Below, one piece after another: positions 49,528 through 62,730 of a stretch of 64,000 nucleotides of DNA. The stretch's first letter is position 1, and each line of letters opens with the position of its first letter. The notes beneath the pieces are model-generated. The model saw nothing but the letters and a program-made list of their open reading frames with translations, made no database searches and was not told where the DNA came from. Origin of the DNA: Sphaerodactylus townsendi (Eukaryota); NCBI RefSeq assembly GCF_021028975.2, contig NC_059432.1, positions 87,048,001 to 87,112,000 of the forward strand. The letters are read 5' to 3'. A program made the translations under genes and the position numbers.

Positions 49528-51102
49528 TAACAGCTACTGTTAGCCTTGCTGAGCCACATGTGCTGCGCTTAAATAGGAAAGTGCAGTCATGGATTTTCTG
49601 CATGCAATTTGGCCCAAAGGCAAGTCTCATCATGGACACTCATGCACACTGTGGTCAAATTCAATATCTGAGCAAAGCAAGTGTAAGCAGTCACCAGTGT
49701 TTTAGAAGGCAAATAATAAATATGCCTTGGTTGAATCAGGATGCAATAAAAGAAGTATCAACTACCTGTTGTTATGTTGCTGAGAAACAAATAGCCTAAG
49801 GTTATCATTGCACCTGATGGTCATCACCCCCGCCCCCCAGGAAGATGGGGAACTGGCTGCTCTGCTTGTCTGTCCACTGAAAGAAGAAATAAGGTATCTT
49901 CAAAACATCACTGTGATGTAGGTTAGGTTGAGACAGTGTAACTAGTCCAAGGTCGCCCAGTGGGATTTATGGCAAAGTGGAGTTCTGAACCTGGATCTCT
50001 ATTCCTGAGACCCAGGAATTTCAAAGGAAAGCAGTTGCAGAGCTCAGATTTCTGTCCTTTGCCTTTTTTCGTAGGAAAAGTCTCCCCCGCCAAACAGCCT
50101 TCAGACAGCCCCATCTAGATTGTCCTGGAAGATTATTGAGCATCTGAGCTGAGCCACTCTCACCACTGCTAAAGATGAATGAGACTGTTTTGTAGCAGTG
50201 TCTCCTTTTTGATGTGGTGGTCCTCTGCTTTGAAGTAGGGTATCTATGCCTGTGTGGAATCGTTGCTGTGGGAAGCAGATATGTACTTGTGAAGATATTG
50301 GAATTGGCTGAGATGGCTAAGCTTACTTCTTTGATGGCGATTTGATGACTCTTTACACACACACACACACACGCATGCACACACTATGCAAGAAGTCACA
50401 ATGATTCATTGCCATGACCTATTAGCTCTGAATTCCCAGCTTTCATTTAAAAAGTAAATCTCTAGCCCTTTTTGCTGCGGACATATAAGAATTGCACATT
50501 ACTCTTTCTATTTCCATAATGAAAAAGGCTAGACTTTTAAAAAAATGAAAACTAGGAAGCATTCAAAGGAATTAATAGATCGTGTCAATAGATTGTTATG
50601 CTGTTATTGTGCTGTAGCAATATAGTAATTGTCATTTTTTAAAAAAGTCTTCCAACTAATTGTTCATGGATGGTGGGATATGGTGGGTGCAGGGGGTTGA
50701 GGCAAGGAAAATGATACCCACATTGGAGGAACTTTCAAAAATGTGCACTTTTCTGCATATGGCATAAACATGAGACTACAGGAGGGACCCTGCTGGAGAT
50801 TGTTGGACCATCTGGAAGACCAACAGACCAGCTGTCCTAGCCTAGAGGGTCATGGAGGCCAAGACCATTTCCTGATGTTGTCTCCTAGCATTTATATTTA
50901 GGGGTTTACTGTTTCTGAATATGGAGGGTCTATTTAACTATCATTGTTAATAGCCATTGACAAACCTTAAAGTGCATCCTAAAATCAAGTTTGGGAACTA
51001 TCAAGCAGGGTGAAAACTTAGAAAATAGGCTGTTAGGGGACAAAATCATCTGGGTGTTAAAAAAAAAACCCATTCCAGTTTGGGTGAGCTATGAGACACA
51101 GA

Positions 51103-51253
51103 GGCCCCTTCTGCACATGCAGAATGATGTCCTTTCAATCCACTTTCACTATTGTTTGCAATTGGATTTTGCTATTCCGCACAGTAAAATCCAGCTGCAA
51201 AGTGCATTGGAAGTGGATTGAAAGTGCATTATTTTGCATGTGCAGAAGGGTCC
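51103..51253. mobile_element. PIF/Harbinger-like MITE
   Basis: Same family as 34022 and 56181. Confidence 0.72.
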
Positions 51254-52204
51254 TGAGTCTCTGTCAAGTCTCAGTGGAAGTTCTTTGCACAGATTCAATG
51301 CAATTTATAGGTCAATCTGGCCTGGTCATGACCCAGTTATTGTTATATGGTCATTTTTGCTTACTTAATCAGTCTAGATCTGATTCTTAATGATTAGGTG
51401 CAACTTGAGAGGTTAATTTGTAGTTCTGAGCGCCACCTTGTGGACTACCTTGTAACACTTTGAGACAATATTTCTGCAGCTGTGATTCTCTATCAGGTAG
51501 CTTGCTTCAGTCATCCGGAAATATAGCTCTGTGGGAAGATTATTCCTGTGCACCTGCACCTTGTGGTTTCTGGCAGCCTGGATGTTATAGGATGCTCAGG
51601 AGTGGGAGCTTGTGGGTGACATAGCACGCATTGTAGCCAAGGATTACTAGATGTTGTTCCTTCTAATTCCCCCGTTGGCATGTGTGTGTACATGATTTCT
51701 CAGTACAATGAAATTACAAGATGCATGGCCTTGCCTTGCTCATTCCAGTAAGTGATAAAATGACTAATTTTCTACACATTTATTATGAGATTCCCTTAAA
51801 TATACATTTTTAACCAGTTTGCAGATTGAACACATGTTTTACGTATATATATCCTTTCCTGCTGGTAGATTGTGCTTATTTCAGCAGTACTAATTCCAGC
51901 ACTGTCTTTTAATTTAGCATTTAAAATGAACACTAATCACTGTATTACTTTCAGACAGCTTACCATTTGGTTGTATTCAAAATGGACACCAAGCGTCAAT
52001 TAGGATTGCCAACTATCTGGAAAAAGTGCCCTGCCCTTTATTAAAAGGCTCAGTGGGATGTTATTTACCAAGTGATATTATTTACCTCCTTGCCTCAAAA
52101 TGAACCTGCTCATTTATTCACATTATGTTGTGATCTACAGATGCTGAAGTAACTAATTTTGTTAAAGACTCTTCAACACTTGAATGCCCAAGAAACTACC
52201 AGTA

Positions 52205-52392
52205 AGCAGTGGTGGAATATGTTCTCAACTAATGGCTGACTTACAGTCTCCCTGCAGGGTTTTCAAGGTGGTTCACCATTGCTTACTGATGCGTAGAAGC
52301 CCTGGACTTTCTTGGTGGTCTCCCATCCAAGTACTGACACTACTTAGCTTCCAAGATCTAACTACGTTGAGCTAGCCTGGCCATCCAAGTCA
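52205..52392 (-). mobile_element. 5S rRNA-derived SINE (diverged)
   Basis: ggtggtctcccatccaagtactgac...cttagcttcc; gggttttcaagg tail. Confidence 0.7.
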
Positions 52393-52577
52393 GTGCTCAG
52401 TCTTTTTATCTACTCCTTTTCTTGCAAAGCTGTTCCAGCTTTTTCTATTTTTTCCATTCCACATTTATAGCAGGTTTAACATACCTGTTCCTCCAATCAC
52501 TTTAAATGGAAGTACGATAAGTCCTAATGATTGCAATGAAAAGTTTGTTCCAAAAATGTGCTTTGCGTGGAGTCTCA

Positions 52578-52989
52578 GGCCCTTTCCACACTGCAACTGT
52601 GTGGGGGTGCATCAGCATAAAAGACGCCGACGCACCCCCCCGGGACTGTTCGCATGGATGGTCCTGGGAGGGCGGCAGGCGGCAGGCTCTAGAGTCGCAG
52701 GCCAGGGGGGCGTGTCCCCTGGCCTCTGCGATGAGCCAGAAGCCAGGAGATGAGGTAAGCTTTCAGGGATGGTGCGGGGGACATGGCGCCTTCCAGCCAC
52801 TGCTGTTCACACGGCAGCGGTTGGAAGCTGCTGTTTCTGGAAAACCTCGCTTGGGGAGCGAGGTTGGGAAACAGCGGCTTTGCGCTGCTGGAGTGGGGGA
52901 GCGAGGGCGGCGCTGCTGTGATGCGAACAGCTAGGGATGGCGTTTTTGCCGTTCCTAGGGCACTGTTTTTGGCCCATGCGGAAAGGGCC
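52578..52989. mobile_element. PIF/Harbinger-like non-autonomous element, GC-rich
   Basis: TCA|ggccctttccacac ... tgcggaaagggcc|TCA. Confidence 0.72.
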
Positions 52990-54282
52990 TCAGAGACTTC
53001 TAGACTGGGACCTCTCTCTTGTGCAACCAGTGTGTATAGTAGTTAGTGTCAGACTGAGGCCCTTTGTGCATGCAGTGCTTAACCATGGCTATAAGTTTTG
53101 CAGTGGGTTTTCCCCACTTTTTTCCTCTTTAAACAGGAGTCTCCTGCTGCAGTGTCCTCAGCCAAGCTGATCTGCCATTTTACCCACGCATTCTCACCAT
53201 GCAACCTCCAGCAGGGAAGACTGTGCGCCATCTTGGGTCCAGCATTATTTTGCTAGGCCATGTAAATTTCATGTTGATTTCACTGGTCTGTTGCTCTAGC
53301 AATAGACCAGCAGTGTTTTAAACAGTTCTTCCACTTGTTCTGAATTGCTGCCCTGAAGAGTGGGAGGAACTGCTGTTGGTTGGGTCAGAGAAGGTGAGGA
53401 GGAGACAGAAAACCTGATGCAAGCCAAATGCAGGCTGTCTCCCTTTGCTATCCCTGAGCTGGAAGAGAACAGTCGTGCTTTCCAAGATTTTGGAAACTGC
53501 TGAGATTCTCTGATCTGAGGTGCCCTGAGTTCTGGAAAAGGGAAAATGTGTACATTATGGAGAATCCAACCCAAAGGGAATGTACACTCAATATGAAGAC
53601 TACAATTGCATAAATGGTGTAAGATTTGGAACACCCAGGTTGGAATTCCTACTCTGCCATGGAAGCTTGCTGGGTGACCAAGGGCGCACGCACGTATGTA
53701 CACACACACATGCGTGTGCACGCACACACACACACACAGCCCAACCTACTTTACAGGATTGTTGCAAGGATAAAATGGAGGAAAAACAAACAATATAAGT
53801 GACCTTAGGAGGAAGGATAGGTATAAATGAAGCAAATAAACAAAGGAATCTGAACTTGGTCTTTAAATAATAGTGATTTTCAGTGACAGTGATCTGATGG
53901 GCAGACTACATAAATATATGGAATGGCAGCATTATCTGCTGTATTCCGGCTGTCGTAACTAGGTCCTCATTTACTCCACCCTGTTGTATTTATACTTTGA
54001 ACAGGACCCTTCCATGACCTCTGTTCAGAACTCCTGGGAATCAATCAGAACAATATAAAACAATGGTTTCCTTTGCAGTGTATTTGCGCCTGAAGCTCCA
54101 AGTCTGACCCTGCCAACTGGCATTCTGTCTTTTAGCAGGAAGGGGAGAAGAAAACGCCAGAAGATCAACCCAGACGTCCATTGGGAGCAAAACCTTTTTT
54201 CTTCTCAGGCTGCAAGAATGCCTGAGGATGAGAGGCTGCACAAAACAGCACGTAACAACACCTCCTGTGCTCTCCATCCTGA

Positions 54283-54492
<210 letters not shown>

Positions 54493-55317
54493 TCAAGATT
54501 TATTTTGTACTTCAGCTTTCTGTCAGCCACTGCAATGGAGTCGTTGGACTACAACCAAGGTGGGGGGAGGGACCTGGGTTCAAATCCGCATTTTGCCAGG
54601 ATGCTCACAAAGGGAGAGGGTTGCCAACAGCCTGGGGAAAAAGTTCTGCCTTTGGAACAGAGGCTCAATGGGATATTATTCATCTGGGTCGATTCCCCAC
54701 TTCAAAAGTGAAAGTGGAGGGGACCCCTGCTCCGTGTTTGGTGCGCCGTTTCAGAAAGGTGTACTTCCAACCAGGATCTGAAATGACGTGCGCTGAGGGA
54801 TGGGAGGAGTGGCAGAATTGGGGTGACTGTGTTGTTGCTGCATTGTCACTGCTGGTGTAGTGGGGAATGCTGCAGGACCCCGGGGTATTTGCCGTGAGGA
54901 GCACGCATCTAGTGGTGGGTGGGGAATCGACCCTGGTGATATGATGGAAAGGTTCATTTGCCCACTTCCACACATTAAGCCTGTTAAAGGACAGGTTTTT
55001 TTCCTTCACATTGTTGGCAACCCTACTGGGAGACCTTTGGCCAGCCGCATTCTCTTCACAAAAACCACCTCACAGGATTAGCAAGAGAGAAATAAATTGA
55101 GGGGATGGACACCAAAGGTTGGGTCCAGTAGAGGAGTCCTGTATGTATTTAGTAGATACACAAGTGGCATATACTAAAAAGACCCTGTATTAAGTTAAAC
55201 ATTTGTTTTCCAACTTGCATTTTCACTAGTGTAAAACACAGTGGAAATAACTGATGATTACTGGTCTATATAGCAGTGTATTGGTTGCCCCAGTGCCAAC
55301 TGTACTAAATGATATAT

Positions 55318-55475
55318 TGTCGAAGGCTTTCACGGCCAGATTCAACTGGTTGTTGTGGGTTTTTCGGGCTGTGTGGCTGTGATCTGGTAGATCTTGTTCC
55401 TAACATTCCGCCTGCATCTGTGGCTGACATCTTCAAAGGTGTATTACAGTGGGAAGTCTGTTACACACTGTGGAC
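55318..55475 (-). mobile_element. Penelope-like terminal-repeat remnant with mutated hammerhead core
   Basis: tgtcgaaggctttcacggcc...gggttttttcgggctgtgtggc...cgcctgcatctgtggctgacatcttcaaagg. Confidence 0.65.
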
Positions 55476-56180
55476 AACAACCATGCGCTAAGTGAGTTTG
55501 TATTCCCATTCATACATACCTGGGTCCAACCCCAGGTATGCCATACTGAGCTATGTGCTTAAAAAACTAAATGGTGTGTTTCTTTCTGGAACACAAGGTT
55601 TTAATAGGCTGGATCTCAAGCAAGGGATTGCGTTCTCCCATCTATCCTGTTGCAACAATGCCTATGCTGGTTTTTGAGACACGGGAGATCCACTAACGAA
55701 CAACAGAAAGTAAACAAGTTAGAAAATGCATAGCTCCTCTGAATCAAAGCACCCCCCCTTCTAATCAGCTTCTTTTTGTGGAAAGGGAAGGTAATTCTGC
55801 TTCATCTCTGCGTCAGAATTGATTTGACCATTCCACCACTCTTACTGCTGAGATGTAATTATGTGCTATCACAGGAAAATGCCTGTTGTAGTTCTGATGA
55901 GTCACTGTGCTCAGCTACTACCATTCCAATCAGAAAGAATGCTCAGAACATCAGTCTGCAGTTACGCTGTGGTGTGGGTTGTTTTGTGGGCTGGTAGTTC
56001 TTAAACAGTTTGAAAGGAAACTGTTTCAGGGGAAGAGGGTTGCATACCTTTAGCTTTCTTGGGGGGGAAAAGTGTACCTCTTTGAAATTTGGGGACCATT
56101 ATTAGAAGGGCAACCCCCACCCCCCGAAAACCAATGAAGTGAAGCTGAATGAATGCCCTATAACAGTCTTGGGACTCCCT

Positions 56181-56331
56181 GGCTCCTTCCACACATGCAG
56201 AATAATGCACATTCAATCCACTTCCACAATTGTTTGAAAGTGGATTTTGCTATTCCACACAGTAAAATCCAGCTTCAAAGTGCATTGAAAGTGAATTGAA
56301 AGTGCATTATTCTGCACGTGCGGAAGGGGCC
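56181..56331. mobile_element. PIF/Harbinger-like MITE
   Basis: Same family as 34022 and 51103. Confidence 0.72.
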
Positions 56332-56875
56332 TCAGAGTTTCAAGCCTTTCAGAAGAGCTGTAACTTCTTTCCCTTGGAAACTGGCTTGAGTGATAACAAC
56401 TGGTGTTGAAGCTGATATTGGGGTTGAGAGTGACTGCATAGCCCTAAACACGTATACTTAGAACTGGATTCAATGAACCAGAATGAGGCTAACTCCCAGC
56501 CAAGGTTTTAAACATATTACAACCTCAGGGCCAATTTACAAGGGTTATGGGAAGATAGGATTGAAGGCAGCTTGTCTTTTGATTATACATTAATTTATTT
56601 GCACACTCATTTAGACAAACAGTGCAATGCTGAGATGGGAGCCAAATCCCTAAAGAGGTGATGTAACTCCAGCACTGACATAAATGCCACTTGCACATGT
56701 GTATGGAGCATTTACTCCAGGGCAGAGGTGTCAGGGAGCTACGCAACAGCACTATGCTAAGGTGTCAGCTCTGCTGCTGTACCACTGCCAAGGGGAAGTT
56801 CTCGGGGCCAGGGTCAGCTCTAGATGGCTTCCTGAGCCCCTTTGGTTCAGGAACGCACCCATTATGCTGGCAAAA

Positions 56876-57167
56876 AGAAGAAGAGTTGGATTTATATCCC
56901 CCCTTTCTCTCCTATAGGAGACTTAAAGGGGCTTATAAACTCCTTTCCCTTCCCCCCTCCCAACAAACACCCTGTGAGGTAGGTGGGGCTGAGAGAGCTC
57001 AGAAGAACTGGGACTAGCTGAAGGTCACCCAGCTGGTGTTGGAATGTAGAGGCTAATCTGAATTCCCCAGACAAGCCTCCACAGCTCAGGTGACAGAGCA
57101 GGGAATCAAACCCAGTACCTCCAGATTAGAGTACACCTGCTCTTAACCACTACGCCACCGCTGCTCC
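56876..57167 (-). mobile_element. Squam3-like SINE, full length
   Basis: Reverse complement of the 28131 family. Confidence 0.83.
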
Positions 57168-57839
57168 TGCATGCATAGCCCAAGGAGCTGCATAGAACAG
57201 TTCCCCAGAGTTCGAGGAAGGATCCCTGTTGGCTTCCCGTCAGCAAGCCATGTTGGAGGGAGTGTGGCTATGCAGGCTGTGCCATCTTTAGCCATGGCAC
57301 AACTAGTACAACTACTTCACCCCCTTAGGATTGCACTGCCAATGTTGCTTTCTATTTGTACTTTTCATACTACATTCAGATTATAACTGGATCTGCAAAA
57401 AGGCTGCTTTGTGCTGCAAAGAGTTTACTCTTTTGCAAGTAAGTGGAACAAGAATAGAAATCAAGTTTCTGCAGTTTATTTAATATAGCAGTATATTCTC
57501 TTCAAAAATCTTCCCAGGGGCAAGATCCTAATAGATGTCTACTGAGAAGGAAATCTCCTTCACCAAGGGACTGAAGTTCCTGCCGTTCTATGGTTCATTT
57601 CCCCCTACCTAGTTAAAATTTTCATGACTCCTTCTGTTTCATTGGTTCATTTTCTCATATTCAAACACAATTGTAAAATAATCTACTCTTCTGTGTGCAT
57701 TCGGAGAGAGGATGTTCTATACAGGGTTTAAAAAAAAAACGTTGTAGCCTGCCAAGGTAATTGCTAATTTAATTTTTTCAGGAATGATTGTAGTAGCACA
57801 ATTATGAAAGAGCAACTATAAAAAAAATTAGGAGCAGTG

Positions 57840-58020
57840 CAGAGGTGGGATCCAACCAGTTCTCACCACTTCCCTAGAAGTGGTTACTAATTTTTTCTGA
57901 GTGCCGAGAAGGGGTTACTAAAGCAAACTCCCTGCCCAATAGGGACTGGAGGTGTGTGTGTGTGGTGGCGCCACTGTTTGAATCCCACACCCATCAGAAC
58001 CTGTTATTAAAATTTTTGGA
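57840..58020. mobile_element. hAT-type non-autonomous element lacking its right TIR
   Basis: Starts cagaggtgggatcc; flanked by gagcagtg on both sides. Confidence 0.6.
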
Positions 58021-58916
58021 GCAGTGGCTTTGTCCAGCTACAAAGTAGAAAACCCTCCTTATCCCATTTCCTCCACCACAGCCAACAGTTCCATAATTGA
58101 TTCCTGAATATGAGAGGACTGGAAATAATGAAGCTGAAAAGAAAAAGAGGATGATTTAAAAGGAGTGCTTGTCCTGAGAAATCTCAGCAGTGCTTTGAAT
58201 GGCAACAACCTGACAGTGCTATTTGGCATTGAATCGCCCTAAGTCAAGGAAAAAATAATAAGATAGAAAACAGTGTAACATAGGGGGCCAATAATGTTGT
58301 CTGGAATTCCTACAAAAAATGGAATGAACAAATGATGGCAATTTCAGATGAAGCATTAATATGGTACTGCTCCCTGGTATCCCAGATTTTCTTGCGACAT
58401 TTTGAACTATGCAACTCTTCAGTCTGTTCCTCATATTGCATGACAAAGAGTTCTCGTAGCATCCACTGCTGCTTGAGCGCTTAATACAAAAAAAAAAAAA
58501 CCCTGGGTTCTTAATGGATTGTATAGCCTTAAAAGACTGGGAATCCCCCCTCCCATCGATAATGCTTTTAGAAATCTCCCCAGGGACTGTACTTCTTTTC
58601 AGAAATGTCCTTGTCTCCTAATTGCTAGAATCTTCTTTCAAATACACTCTCAAACAGAGCTTTTTTCATACTGTTCATTTGAATATTCTCTTGTTATTAA
58701 AACACCTTTTAGTCTGGAAAGTGCCACTTCTGAAAGTTAAGACACTAAAAAAGGAAAATATAATTAATTTCAAAATCAAATGGTGCATGAGAATCAGTAT
58801 AGCTTTTTCATTGTTTACAGGGATGGAGAAATGCACAAAAATTGATTTTAGAATCACTTGTGACAAAAATCTTGACAGATATATAAAACGGAAAACAGGA
58901 CAAGGGTTTCCATTTA

Positions 58917-59135
<219 letters not shown>

Positions 59136-59422
59136 CTATAGTGGGTGGGATGTAGTTTATACGCAGTTACCATGTGAGAAAAGACAGCTTTTAAAATGTT
59201 GACTTTTGTATTAAATGAGTGGCTAAAACCGAGGCTTATTATTGTAAACTACTGGAATTTTCACTTATGGCATCCCATAGAGATGACATCATTCTTTGGC
59301 GTTAGATCTTGTGCTTTGGACTGAAACGAGGATTCCTCTTGCTCCAGGATTTCTTTCTAAATATGGCAGACAGGACTTATTGCCACGGCAGAAAGGGAAA
59401 TCCTTTCCGATTTCTAGATGTC

Positions 59423-59560
59423 AATTGACACCACCAAGGATTTGCTGTTTGCCCTCCTGGGGAATGGGATTCAAGCATAGTGATACAGAGGGAAAGGTAA
59501 ACTCCCTGATCCCAAGCCAAACCAAGAGCATGTACTGCCTAAATGCATTCTGATCCCCTG
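59423..59560 (+). repeat. Host flank segment duplicated at 63862-64000
   Basis: attgacaccaccaaggatttgc...gcattctgatcccctgac appears identical in both places. Confidence 0.95.
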
Positions 59561-59595
59561 ACAAGAGAAAAGCAGCACTGAGACAAATATTTTAT

Positions 59596-60085
59596 TGTAC
59601 GGATGCACTGCTGACCCAGCAGCACCGTAAGTAGAGCGCCGGCACACCGGCGCTCCTGCGGCCTTCTGGTCGCACCGCTCCCCCACCCCTCATCCCCCGA
59701 TGAGTCACAGGTCATGAACTACCTGGCTCACAACCACCGGGTGTCCCGGACAAAGGGACAATGGCCTTGCCCCCAGGTGAGGATTAGGCCCAGGCGCCGA
59801 TGCTCCTCTCCGCACGTAGCAGCCAGGTGAGATCATGCATCACATGATGATCTCTCCAGTCCCCAGCTCTCCCGCTCTCTCCTGAATTCCCCGTTCCGCC
59901 CTTCTACACGCCCTGCTACTGAATCGCATAATAATAAAGGTGCCAGGAACCCAGCATACGGGAGAGTCGCTTCCAGAGGAACACTGGACACCCAGCGCTC
60001 CCGTTGCTGGCTTTCTCCACCAGATGAAATCACCGTGGTCTGCCGTCTACCGTTCTTACGCTTGACCTCCAGCGGCACGACTACA
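59596..60085 (+). repeat. ERV 5' LTR (~490 bp)
   Basis: TGTA...TACA termini; abrupt rise in CpG content at 59596; ends 3 nt before the PBS; AT-rich cataataataaa at ~59926-59938. The start cannot be confirmed because no second LTR is in the window. Confidence 0.68.
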
Positions 60086-60088
60086 AGC

Positions 60089-60108
60089 TGGTTGCCCGAA
60101 ACCCGGGA
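60089..60108 (+). promoter_or_regulatory. Primer binding site, tRNA-Phe
   Basis: tggttgcccgaaacccggga equals the tRNA-Phe 3' complement TGGTGCCGAAACCCGGGA with two single-base insertions. Confidence 0.8.
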
Positions 60109-60293
60109 GATCCCTCGAACCTCCACCCTGCTCACACCGTCGCCCGGGAAAGGGCCGCGGTACCGAAGTCCGCTGGATCGGCGCATCCAGGGGACCACTC
60201 ATTTCGGTATCGCATTAGCCGTCCCGGCTGGATCGGCGCATCCAGGGACTCGAGTCCCTAGGACACTTCGTCCGACCGGAACACCCGGTGAGT

Positions 60294-61930
60294 ATGGGAG
60301 CTTGCAAAAGCACGGAGCTTATGACAAACGTTAACGAGCTAAAAGCGATAGCGAAGCGGCGGCAGGGTCCCCGTTAAGAGAGAGGGAGCTGCGCCAAATT
60401 GGTAATTCGAGGAGATTGAAGCTCAATGTCCATTGGTACCCGGAGGGGGGGACATTGAATCTTAAGGGTTGGGGAGAAAACATCGGGCGACTCTAACCGC
60501 GACACAGGAGCCTCGCTGGTAGCGCCGGATTGTTAAGCTGCTACTGACGATGCAGAGACAAATGTTATGTCAATACCATCCAGCCTGCAGACCTATGGCT
60601 CCCACTTGCTGTAGGTCAGCCCTCCTTTCGATCTTTTCAACTTCAGTTTCACCCCGGAATTTTCTCTATCCTCCTAAATTGGACGCCTGTCACTCCTTCT
60701 GCCCCCCAGTGCTCCCCTGCCCCTTCAAATTCTCCCAGCGGCTCGGCCGCCCCACCCCTGCTCCGCCTTCATTTTCTGAAGCCATAGCACCTCCGTCGCC
60801 GCCATGCGTAATAGGCGCGGGTTTCAGAACTTCCCTCGCCAGAACGTATTAACCACGACCTGCGTAAAAAAGGAAACCCTGACGGAGAGAGCGATACCGA
60901 TATTTCTGCGCCTTATGCCCCGTTCACTTTCCGGCCGGATACCGAGGGGAGGATGGCAGGTATTGTTCGGACGGGTTGTCGAGGAGTACCGCCCTTTAAG
61001 CTATAATATCCTCACCGAACTCCGCCATAAGCTGTCGCGGGATCGTTAGGAGTCCACCAGCCTATGTGAGAGGCAGGTAGCTAGCAGAAGCAGTCGCCAA
61101 GGGAGAATCACCTAATGGTTCCGGATGACTGGAAGAACCACCTTGTGCATGCTTTTGAGGCCCTGCACAATTTGTGCGATCTGGGAAAGTGAGTTCCGCT
61201 TCAGTCAGTGTATCGCTAAGGGGAGCCGCCCTTTCGAGGCGGCGCCTACACCGCCAGCGCAGCTTTATGGAAGCCTTCAAACTGATGCGCTCGCCGTAAC
61301 CCCAGCGATCAGATTGTCCTGCCAGAGGCCACCCTTACGCACGCCTTCGGAATGTATACAAAGGCGTTTATCAAAGATCCCTAATGCTGGCCAACCTACC
61401 CAAAGTTTCTCCACTGCATCCGACAAAAACCCCCCAAGAGCCCTCACGCCGACTTTGTGAACAGGCTCTAGGAGGCCCTTAAGAGGCAGGTAGATGGCCG
61501 AGGAGGCCCAAAACGTAGGCTCCTCATGCGTACCTCGCCAAAGAGAACGCCTCCACTGGAGTGCCGTAGAGCAATCATGGGCCCTAGGGCAAAGATCCGG
61601 AACTGGCTGGACATGCTTAAGGCTTGCCAGGACATCCGGATCCTCTGCCCACCAAAGCTAGCCTCACCTTTGCCGCAGCACTCTCCACCGCCAGGAGACA
61701 GCCCCAAGGTGATTGCTTTAATTGGCGGCAGAGTCAGGACACTTCTGGAGGGAGTGTAGGCAGCCCGGCCGGGGGGCCTACAACCCCGATGCGAGGAGAG
61801 TCCCCTCCCCCAAGAGCCGAAGGCCCCCGAGGCCGCCTAAGAACCCCGGGATGCCCCCCTGTGCTGTGAAAGGTTTCCACTGGAGAAGCTGACTGCCCGT
61901 CCGGGGAAGCGCTTCGCACCGCCGGGCATC
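60294..61930 (+). pseudogene. gag: ERV gag (frameshifted as assembled)
   Basis: MGACKS myristoylation start; QCP-WYPEGGTLNLK matrix motif; YRPLSYNILTELR; major homology region IRQK-PQEP-ADFVNRL-EALKRQV; LECRRAI...DMLKACQDI; two CCHC knuckles (CFN..GHFWREC; C..KGFHW..DC). Confidence 0.88.
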
Positions 61931-61989
61931 TCCCAGCCCAGGACCAAGGGGAAGAGTACTAGAGAGCAGGCCCAAACACCAAGACCCAC

Positions 61990-62730
61990 GCCCCAAACCA
62001 CCCCTCTCGCGGCATCTCCGGCTCATGTGCACCCAGCCAATCTCCTTTAAGTTCCCCCACGTAGGTCCTCGTTAAGCCCCAACCCAATATGGCGTGACCC
62101 CATCCCTACCCGGGACTATTGGGCTGAGTGCTGCCCAAAGGCCTCCGCCGCTGGAGCAGGGATTGTTCCATCATCCCCCCGGAGCTTCGGGCTTGACTCC
62201 CAATGCACCAGTGGGACTCTATCCATCTCCAAGTCTGGAGCAAACATCCACGCGAGGGAGCTGCCTTGAAGCGGGACTCAGCTGTAGCGCAGGCTGATCC
62301 TTCCTGGGTTCCCATCTCGCTGCCCCTGGCTTGCCAACGCGAATAAGGCTTCAATGAGCCCCCAGTGCAGCCATCAAGAGCAGCCAATGCTACCATCGCG
62401 AAGCGGTGGAAACACCCATCGGAAGCTCCCGCCTCGTATCTGGAGCTCACCCGTGGAGGGGTGTCTGTTCAAGGGGCCTGGTGGACACCGGGCGCTGATG
62501 TGACCGTCATCAGAGCAGCCCGAAAGTGGCCTGACCAGTGGCCAACCGAGACCTGTCACAAGCACATCTGGGGGGTGTGGGGAAGACAAACCGGCCAGAC
62601 GGAGCATCCACGCCCGCTCACGCAGTCCACAGCCCAGGAGCTCTGAAGCGGCAGCTCACAGTCCGCCCTATCGTTCTGGACATCCATGTCAATCTCTGGG
62701 GAAGGGACCTCATGAGCCAGGTCAAAGCGA
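61990..62730 (+). pseudogene. pro: ERV pro: dUTPase-like domain plus aspartic protease
   Basis: LPGTIGL...GLF.IPG (dUTPase-like); ctggtggacaccggcgct-type LVDTGADVTVIR; IWGV.G; VNLWGRDLMSQ. Confidence 0.85.
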
